This document shows positions 53,725 to 64,000 of a stretch of 64,000 bases of DNA, piece by piece. The notes below the pieces were generated by a model, which saw only the letters and a program-made list of their open reading frames with translations, made no database searches and was not told the DNA's origin. The DNA is taken from contig OZ024754.1 of NCBI GenBank assembly GCA_964016885.1, forward strand, positions 45,198,001-45,262,000, read 5' to 3'. The DNA is from Eledone cirrhosa. Lineage: Eukaryota. The position numbers and the translations under genes are program-made. Each line of letters begins with the position of its first letter. The stretch's first letter is position 1.

Positions 53725-54995
53725 GACCCCCCTCCCTCCGCAAATATATAATAGTTTTCGATGGATACCTCCGATGACTTATATCTTAGTTTGCTGCTAG
53801 TCCCTAATATTATCGATCTGGAAAGGACTATAGACATTTCACCTAACACTATATATACTAGATTTTCCATACGCTGAAGTGTATATGTGTGAGAGTGTGT
53901 GTGTGTGTGCATACATTTATATGTATGAGTATATAAATATAAACGGTCAAACTCGGACACACTTACAGAAATACACACTCACAGACACAATCATACAAAC
54001 ACATACACTCACACACTGTGTAGCTTTTTCACACATACATTCACGCAGGCAATAGACGTAAAGAGAGAGGAGTAGTATGAGGTAGTCAAACTACTTCTCT
54101 CTCTTTACATGAGACAGAATCGCAGAAATGTATATATAGATATTCATTTCCAGCTCCGTCTGGCTGTCGATCCCTCTCGATACAGATCTATCTATCTATC
54201 TATCTATCTATCAACCTCTATCCCTCCAACTCACCCTATCATTATTTAAGACATATTAATAGGAATGGAAATGATAACAATAACAATTCGCCATTATGGC
54301 GTCGAAATCATTTAGCATGTTATTCAATCCATAGAGGAATTTCCTCAAATGTGATATATATCCGTCTTCCAAAACATTTGAATGGACGAATGTGTACGGG
54401 AGTGTCTGATTATAAGTGTATGTCCATGTATTTACGTGTAATTATTTGCTTATATATATGTGTATATGTGTGTACGTATATGTACGTCTGTATTCGTGAG
54501 TATGTGCGCAGTTTCGTTTAGAATTTGATATTGTATACTTTTAAGTGTTTTGATGCTTCAATGAACACTACAGGCATTAAAATTGAATTTTTTTCGTCGA
54601 GTGAGAGAATAGGAAACGGTTAAAAATAGTTTAGTCTTCTTTCATACATTACAAAGAACACATCTTGTAATATATAAACGAAAAAGAAAGCATAAAACCA
54701 AGAACAAAATATAAATATAAATATAAACGTAAATACTATTCCAGAATTAGGTTTTTTTTTTTATTTATTATTTTCATATTTTCTTCTTTCATGAAAAAAA
54801 AATCTAAAAAAATATAAAGATTGGTTTTTATCGAAAACGACGAACAACAATAACAACAACAACAGTAATAATAATAATAATAAATAATAATTCAATACCA
54901 ATTAAAGGACAGTCGAAAGGAAGATGTCTCATAATGAATCTGAAAGTTTTACATAAACACACAAACACGTACCCACACACACACGAACACACACG

Positions 54996-55113
<118 letters not shown>

Positions 55114-55235
55114 ATCCTAATTCGCGCTTACATGAAATGAAAGTGAAACTAAATAGATAAATACACACACAGAAACTTATAAACAATCTATATTGACAAG
55201 ATCGAGATTTGATGTAGGTTGTCGGAGTCTCTCTT

Positions 55236-55275
<40 letters not shown>

Positions 55276-55929
55276 TGTAGATGGCGTTGTTATAGATTTC
55301 CATACGGCTCTCATTGATTCTGTTCTGTTTGTGTTGTTATTGTTGTTTATTTCCTATAGACTTTTATCGTGTGTATCATTTTAATATTTTGATGTTTTTT
55401 ACTTTCTACATTTCTTTCTCTGTTATTTTCTCCCCCTTTCATTTACTAATTCTATCATTGCTTTCCTTTGTTAGTTTTCATCACTTTTTGTAACATAACA
55501 AATGTTTCTATCGCCCCTCCTTCTCGCTTTTCCTCTCATTGTTTTATATTTTTATTTTTGTTGTTCTATCCTTCTTTTTAAATTTCATTCATGTATGTTG
55601 TATTTCAATTCTCTGTTTTACTCTATATATTCTCCATCAACATCGTCATCTATATAGCTGCATCACCATCATCCCCACCATCACCATCATCACCACCATC
55701 ACCATCATCACCACTATCACCATACATACAGCCTCCACAAACTCCGTCACCGTTGTCGTCATCATCATCATCGACATCATCGACTTCGTTTTATTAGGTA
55801 GATTGATGTTTCGCTACACTTTGAATATTTGATTGAGGTATTTGCTCGTGAGGTTTTAAAATAGGGTCCCCTAGTCCTATCACGTCTCCAATTATAATTG
55901 GCATATACTGAAATAATCAGCCCAACAAA

Positions 55930-56450
55930 TAGAGACAACTGGCTTTATCCATCTTCTGGTAGTTTAAATATATACACAGGGAATTGATTTACTTGTAGCT
56001 GCCAGAGAGAAGAACAGACGTATACTGGATTGCTAATGAGGATAGTGAACTGTAGTGAGATACCACGGTGAGAGATTTTTAGAACAAATGCCTGATTAAA
56101 TATCGATACATTCCGAATGTTGTCATCTGATTGACTGACGATGTAAAGCTCACAAAGTGTCCTCAACTCTTTGATGATTTTCTTGTCTTGTCAGAGATCA
56201 TATCAACGGAAGCATCTCTCACCTTCGATACACGAACTATTCACTTCGATCGAGAGAAGAATTGCCTCCATCGAAAATGAGGCACAGGGTTTGAATTAGC
56301 TCTTTCAACCAATTGAGCATCTTCCGAGCTAATGCCTTCACTATTTCGTCCGCCAAAAGTACGAAAATCTTGCATAGCTCGCTATGATTTCGTTTCCATA
56401 TAATATTCACTAAATACAATCTCTTTCAAAGTTTTGTGGGACATCTGTTA
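55930..56450 (-). mobile_element. Possible degraded Penelope-like GIY-YIG C-terminus and pseudo-LTR
   Basis: ORF 56237-56419 (IIWKRNH...RKML...LIFDGG) loosely resembles 'HIW..NH...RK.KE...LNRDGG'. Confidence 0.3.
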
Positions 56451-56990
56451 TCACGCACAGGGAAGATCCGGCTATCGTGCGGGACCTCAACCCACAAACA
56501 ACCCTTTACTGGTGGCTAACTAGAATGTAGATTTGCGCTGAAGTCAATTCATTGACTACGGTCAATTTAATCGAGTTTCCTTTTCACCTATGTTAATTTT
56601 GTAAAGAAGAAGAAGTAGTAGTAGTAATAGTAGTAGTAGTAGTACTAGTAGTAGTAGTAGTAGTGGTGGTGGTTGCTTTTGTAATAGTAGTAGTAGTAGT
56701 TATTTGTTCTCAATATAAATAGTATCATAACCAGTAGTGAAGTATGAAACTAAGAAACCTGATTGAATGCCGTTTGATAAACAAAGTTGTATGCTAATGG
56801 TTGTTTAATGTTATTTTTTTATTTCATAATAGAGCAAATTGAATGAATTAATCATTTGAATAATGATAGCATAAAAGCAAGACAGAGGAAAAAATAATTT
56901 ATAAATAATAATTTAGTGAAGATGCTTAAGGAAAGACGGGGATGTTATCAAAAACAATGTCATAAATGAAGGGAACTGAGAAAGAAAGTG

Positions 56991-57022
<32 letters not shown>

Positions 57023-57028
57023 ATATAT

Positions 57029-57066
<38 letters not shown>

Positions 57067-58137
57067 GTTGTACAGACATTGAGGAATGATTGGTGTGAAA
57101 AGGAAGAAAAAGAATATAACTGAAAGAACGAAAGACCAGACAATGAACTTCTAAAGTATACAAGGAAAAAAAACATGAAGAAAAACAATAATGAAGAAAA
57201 GGAAAATTTATCTTTGGCGGGAAAACAAAAAATGAATAGAAAATAATAATTACCATGAAAAAATAGATGGGAGAATATATTTACAAAGACAAAACAGATA
57301 AAAATAACGATTAAATGAATAATTTCAAATCATTCATAATTCTTTGAATTAAAAAATAAAAAAAGAATAAAAATGCAATGTAAAAATACATAAATTGTGA
57401 GCAAAAAAAGTAAAAGAAATAAGAAAGTAAGACACATGAGAATAAAATAGAAATTAATGAAGGCAATGGATATCTGCCGGTGGAATGAATAGGTGACATA
57501 CAGAGTAACAACAGGAAAGAGAAGTTCTGCCAGAAGTTTGTCTCAAATATTTACGCATCCTAATACAAACATCCGATTTTACAACTGCAATTAATTTAAC
57601 GATACACTAAAAACTTCACTAACGCAATAATTTATTGATATTTTCAAGTCGCTAAAAGGAGGCTTGAGTAGTATTTATGATGCTAAGTGTATTCGTTCAG
57701 GGCTGACTTGGAGCTGCTCAGCAACATCAACATCAATGAACAAAATTCTTTAACGCTGTATTGAGAAAAAATTATATATACTCTTCTCTCTATTCAGAAC
57801 ACATATATATATATGCTCCCTATGCAGAACATATATATATATATATGCTCTGCTCCCTATGCAGAACATATATGCTCTGTTTTCCTAAGAATGCGATAGC
57901 CATCTTTAGAAACCACTATCCTTCTGTTAGCCATTCTAAATCAAACTATATATTCCGATATTTAACGTTCATTCTTGTCCCTCCACCGACCACCGACCTG
58001 AAGTATTTTTGCCTATCACCGTATTAACCACATTTGGCAGTTTTAACAGCTGTTCTAGCGAGGAGATTTTTTTTTACCTTTCTATGAATCAAAATATACA
58101 CTTCCTTCTTCTCGATCAGAGACAACAATATCTCTTC

Positions 58138-58182
<45 letters not shown>

Positions 58183-58921
58183 TCCTACATCAATAAATAA
58201 TTACATACATTTATAGATACATACATAAATACAGTCTGTTTCCCATGGACTCTGAATATTTGAACATATAAATCTATTTAACTTTCTCTTCTTATTAACA
58301 TCGCTATTCAAGCAACTAAATGTATGCCCATATATATAACCAATTTGTTATAGTACAGCATTAACACACATATATGCACATAGTCACACACACACACACA
58401 TATATATATATACACACACACACAGAAATACCCGTTTAGATTTGTAAATGTTTCAGTATATATATATGTGTGTATATTTGTGTATTTCTGTCTCTATATG
58501 TAATTTAGGATGCTTGTGTGTAAGTGTCTATTTGAACTATTTTTAATAAAAAGTTCATTTCTGAAGCATTAAAGTATGTATATAAATTCGTAGCAGCCCC
58601 GGGATTTAGATAATATTAAGTTCCTTGCATAATACATCATTGTCGTTAACTGAAAGACAAGACTGATACGACTAAATCAATACTTTGTGAGATTTTTAAT
58701 ATCACAATAGAATATATTTCACCATGTAAATATCTGTGGCCTATATACAACAACGAAGTATTTTGTGGACAGACATGCTTACACACTTGGCAATATTCAC
58801 CCATCCGCAAATATAGATGCATGTATATACATATTTAAACGTACATAAGAATACTTAGCTTCTATTTATATAGTTAGATACACACACACAGATACGCATA
58901 CGAACACACACGCTCACACAC

Positions 58922-58967
<46 letters not shown>

Positions 58968-59260
58968 ACAGACACACAGACACACAGACACACACACACA
59001 CACACACATGTATATATACATAAAGCAACTGAAGAATTATATATATATATATATATATGCAATGAAAAAAATGAGAGAAAGAGTGATATGTTAATACACA
59101 TACACCCGTACACACGCAAACACACACATACATATATATATACCTGTGTGTAATTGTGCCTGTGTGTGTTTGTATAGATATACAGATATGAATAACTGCA
59201 TATTCCCTGTAACTAGATGCAGGAATATAGCCTTAAGCATACATAAGTTTAACCTAAACC

Positions 59261-59320
<60 letters not shown>

Positions 59321-59699
59321 ATAGATAGATATATAGATATATATACGTGTGTGTGAGTGTGTGTGTGTGTTTTGTCTGTGTGAATGTGCGAGACTTTAAT
59401 TTCAGGCTCGACTGAAATATGTATAATATGTCTATACCCTTATCTATGGAAAGATATTTTCTTAATTTCATTGCCATATATGTAATATATTTTTTTTTTT
59501 ATTTAGATCCCCCCCCCTCGTAGATGTATCCTGTTATTAAGTTTCTGTATATATTTGAAAACTTATTCGTATATATGGCTTCTTCCAATAGTCTCAACAT
59601 TTATATTTCGGAAATGGCTGTAGAATTAATTATCAACATGGCAACGTATTCTAGTGTTTTACTTTCTTCGATAACCGTTGAATATTCTGTTTTAAAATT

Positions 59700-59960
59700 A
59701 CGTCGAATTATCTAGAACATTTTTACTAATTTCACTTGTTATGGCATCGCATCTTCTGTACAGGCGATGTTATACTTCAAGATAATGAAGGGTGTTGGTC
59801 TTGAAAATGCCAGTCTTCGTTTCCAAAGGTCGAAGTAATTCTCTGCAAATATATTTCTGTGCTGTCTCATCTTCTCCATACTATTTGTGTGGATGTCTCA
59901 CTTAGTTTAATATTGCATGCTGTATACATTTCTTCATATCATCTATCTCATACACTTTAT
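59700..59960 (-). mobile_element. Degraded RTE-type RT C-terminal relic
   Basis: Minus-strand fragments resembling 'ILNI.W..HPT...YG' and 'KRRLAF'. Confidence 0.3.
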
Positions 59961-60099
59961 CATATTTCCTACCGTAGATAGCTGTAAAAATATAAGAAAT
60001 CCACAAGCCAAAATAACATATTGAAAAGGCTTTGAATTCTTAATTTATGTGATATATATGAATACCTGGCTCAGTGTAAGCTCTAGATAATATTAATGA

Positions 60100-61150
60100 T
60101 TCACAAATATATTATTTCATCTAGTCATATACGATGGAGCCAGCTTTGTAAATTTACGTTTTCTTTCATTAATATAACATAATACACAGATATTAGAATA
60201 CAACCCTTTTGTAATGATATAGTTTAATAATATAAAGTATAAGCAACAAGAAAGTTTCAATTTCTCTCAATAGATCTATAGTGAAGGCTCTAATGTTCAT
60301 TTTGGTTAAAGAGAAACAGAAAGAATTGTTTCAATGTGAGTTTGCGTAATTATAACAGATTAGATATTTGAGAACAAGATCTCTGTCCGTTAAACTTTCT
60401 CGAAAATAGAATCTCCCATATAATCCTGTAGGGAATTGATGCTTGCGTAGAAGCCACTCGGATTGAATCACAGAATACGTAACAGAAACCTTTAAATATC
60501 TTAATATATCAATTGTAATAGATAGAAATACTAAGATTTTAAAATCTAACTAAAGAAAATAAAGCAATTACCTCTTCTTTTGAAACCCCACAAAAGCCCC
60601 ATATAAAAATTAATCTATATTCTCACAGTCTTGATATCAACAGAAAGCTTTTTAAAATCAATTCCAATGAAAGGTTCTACAATATCATCTCTAATTACAA
60701 TATTGGATAGAAAATATTTGAAAAAAAATATGGATAGTAGGAATAGATGTAAGCCCAGATGCAAACATATATTGATCAAACGCATATTAGTATAGATATC
60801 ATTCCTAAGAAAGCACTAAATTAAATAAAACAACATTGAATCAAAGTATATACAAAATCTTGCCTTTAGTTGCCCGGAAAATCGTGCTAATTCAATATCA
60901 AAGTTTAACAAAGTAAACATAATTACAAAACCAAACACAAACACCAAAGCCCTAGCGTCAATCACATAATTTTAACATCATATAATCTTGGTACATAAAT
61001 ATAAAGAGATGTGATAAACTTTGACATAATATGTCAACGCCATTTGATCTGACAATTTAGATAAACAATTTATCGGTCGTACATCCGATACTAGCAAAAA
61101 TTAGTATAATTTCTTCATTGTATTATCAAGTATACAAGTACATTGCAATG
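60100..61150 (+). mobile_element. Highly degraded Penelope-like RT relic
   Basis: Fragments 'FNNIKYKQ' resembling 'FNNKFYKQ' and 'LIKRIL' resembling 'LVNRAL'; many stops. Confidence 0.3.
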
Positions 61151-61279
61151 TAGAAATGACTAAATATAACTGGAGCTTTAAAATCATAAATAAAATAGAT
61201 TGATTCCTCACTCATTATTATTGCACTCTATAAACAAATAGTAACCAAACAAGACAACTCTAACTAAGAGAAAATTTAG

Positions 61280-61535
61280 CACACATAATATATAACATAT
61301 AATACATAATACACATAATATATAATAAATAATTGTTTCTACTTTAGGCACAAGGCCAGCAATTACCCAGTGCATTACTGGTACTTTATTATATATAATA
61401 AATACTTTATAATATATAATAAATAATACACATAATATATAATATATAATACACATAATATATAATACACATAATATATAATATATAATACACATAATAT
61501 ATAATATATAATACACATAATATATAATATATAAC
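61280..61535. repeat. AT-rich minisatellite (ACACATAATATATAAT-like) interrupted by a SINE 3' fragment
   Basis: Direct reading. Confidence 0.85.
61328..61390 (-). mobile_element. SINE 3' fragment
   Basis: AATAATTGTTTCTACTTTAGGCACAAGGCCAGCAATTACCCAGTGCATTACTGGTACTTTATT. Confidence 0.88.
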
Positions 61536-61604
61536 ACAAGGTCTGAATGAAGCTCAAATTGCACTCACAAAGATCAGTAGCTGTTGAATATTATCCAAAC
61601 AAAG

Positions 61605-61762
61605 AACGATCCTATTTTATAACGAAATCAAGGGGTACAAAAATAATTCGTTGTAACGAAAAATTCTTTATAACGAGATAAACCGAAGCAAATCGACTGA
61701 AAAAAATTCCTTATACTAAAAAATTCGTTATAATGGTATTCGTTATAACGGAATTTTACCTG
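61605..61762. mobile_element. pogo/Tigger-type MITE end
   Basis: Repeated TTCGTTATAACG/TATAACGA subterminal motifs ending GGAATTTTACCTG. Confidence 0.55.
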
Positions 61763-63029
61763 CATAACCATCGTTTTTGAAAAGAACAGAAATGTACATT
61801 GAGTGATATTTTACAGCTGTTTAGCAAGTTCTCTGACTTTGTAAAAACACGGTCGTGGCATATGTGTAATCATAGAACGTGGTTCACGTGATTTCATGTG
61901 ATTTATCTTGATCATATCAGATTTATAATCACGACGTCTTTCAAAATTATAATCGTCCTAATGAAACAACAAATAATTTTGAAAAAAAAGCATTAATTTA
62001 TTAAGGATCCAATTTAATTACCAATACATGATTAAATTTATTTAGAAGCTCGATTCATGATTCACCGTGCCGAAGAAATGCTACTAACTTTCTTTTTTTC
62101 TCTCTGACAAAAGCAAGTCTTTTGAAGAAACCTATTTAATATTAGCTCTTATATTCTCATAAGATAGTGGCAAATGAACAAATATAAAAGCACCATTTGA
62201 CACGCTTCCACGCAGATTGATAACATGAAAAAGAGTAACAATTATATTGCAAATGTCAGAGGATGGAATCACCTAATTAAGCTGCGTTAATAAATTCAGT
62301 TTAGTCAGGTCAAGGGTAAAATCTCTGTAGTTTAATTAACTTGTACGTAAGTGAACATATAATTAGTAACTGTCGTTAATCAAATAGTTACACAGCGATT
62401 GTTAGTGTCATTAATATTTTAAATGTGCTGGCTCCCTGGCAAATAATCAAGCTAAAAACAATTTCACTGATGTTTGGTTATGCCACGTAAGCAGATCTTT
62501 AAAAGTTTCAATTAAAATAGATGTAATTAAAAGTGACACTGTATCCAACCTAAATTGGAAAAATGTCTCAGTGAGATTTCTTAAGGAACACCGATCTAAT
62601 CCTAACTAAAACAGTCGATTTCTTGTTTCCTAATCACTCCCTGAATGTTGTCTTATGAATTACCATAGGGAGGATATTGTTCTTATTAATGTCGATGGTT
62701 TTTCTATTATTACTAAGTTATACTTTCCCTTGCGAGCCTCGACAGAATGGTAATGCAGGCGTTAAAGTTCGATGTCGTATTCATTCCATTAGATCCTACA
62801 GAAATGTGATCAAGATGCTAAAGAATAACAGCAAACATCTACTTCAAATGTCGAGACTGTTGCTAACTCGTGGCTGTGCCATCCAGACTAATGGCATCAT
62901 GATTCCTGAGTGTATTGATTTGGACAGCGAAACCTCAGGAATTTCCGTTGATTGATTGCATATCCTGTGGGTCAGATACGATTTACACACTGGTTTCTTT
63001 CTAAACTATATCTTCTGTTGATTATCTTT

Positions 63030-63650
63030 CTTAATGCTTATCTATTTTACTCTATTCGGTGCAACTCACTACCCGTTCTCGACTGCCTCCTTTAAGCTTG
63101 TAAATCCTAGATAGATCTATCGCTAAGTTGTGTGTGTGTTGTTAGCAAGGGTGTTAGCTTCGAGTTAGTGTTATATCTGTCTCTAGTTCTGCCATAAAAC
63201 ATTGGTAGCATGTTTAGCCAACCAGTTAAATGTTAGGATATACCAAAGTATCCATGTATGCTGAGCTCTATCTAAATGTGGTCTGGAAGACCAGATGCTG
63301 TGCTCTCTAAATACGCTTCTATTTTCATTTAATCATCAATACAGTAGGTATCAAACAGAAGTATTTGAGAACATTTGCAAGGCTTTTGTTCTTGCATTTC
63401 CAATCCGAAATCTCCATATAAACTCAGAGTTAGTCCAAATACTCAGCATAATATCACATAGTTCCGTTCCGCCAACGATAGAAATGTGGCATTGTGTTTT
63501 TACATAAGTACCTTCTAAGTGCATACACCGAAAGGATTTCCTCATGCAGTACTCCATTTCACGGATCCTATTTAACGTTCCTCTTGGAGAAGTGATTAAA
63601 CACACCTCAAACACGTCATAAACTATATATTTTCTGTTCGTCACTTTCAG
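63030..63650 (-). mobile_element. Degraded RTE-clade LINE, RT C-terminal region
   Basis: EFIWRFRIGNART resembles 'EI.RRIG.A'; HLDRAQHT...ILTFNW resembles 'LD.AYTRMLR.ILNI.W'; LGFTSLKEAVEN resembles 'GL...L..AMEDR'. Confidence 0.55.
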
Positions 63651-64000
63651 CTAGTTCACAAGATCCTCATAAAATCTACCATTTTAAATAATACTAATAA
63701 TTAGAAGAATCAGAATAAACGATATCGACATCGACAAAGATAATAAAAATCAGATGACTTCATTTCTTTTTTATTATTCTAAGAACGATTCATTCTCATA
63801 CATTAATTAAATGTTTCTAATTCGATATGAAAAGTGGAAATTTAGAAGTGTGAATGTTAAGAAACAAAGAGGTGTTTGATACGGTAGGCAATTAAAGCAA
63901 AACATACATTATTAATAATAAAACATACCAAATTATATCCATATTTGCATACAAGTCACAAGAATATACACACATACATATGTACACACTTGCATACATT

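Overview
AT-rich, microsatellite-saturated eukaryotic DNA with no host protein-coding exon that I can support, so it is intronic or intergenic. The repeat content resembles an octopus (coleoid cephalopod) genome, which is an inference. Almost all ORFs in the track are translations of (TA)n, (CA)n, (CAT)n or (CTT)n tracts. The real content is transposon-derived: about 14 copies of a ~190-bp tRNA-derived SINE, a CORE-type SINE, a CR1/Zenon-type LINE 3' end with an intact 130-codon frame, R4/Dong, RTE and Penelope-like (PLE) relics, and hAT and Tc1/mariner MITEs. Three signals stand out. (1) Several type I hammerhead ribozyme motifs sit in PLE pseudo-LTR fragments within (TA)n; one has a fully intact core at 33411-33511 and several have a U3-A8 compensatory core. 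(2) A short family forms long fold-backs centred on the hammerhead helix II loop, and the two arms co-vary within each copy. (3) A ~1-kb hAT-like element carries two convergent tRNA-like Pol III cassettes and is present twice in inverted orientation 32 kb apart. All alignments and folds were done by eye.
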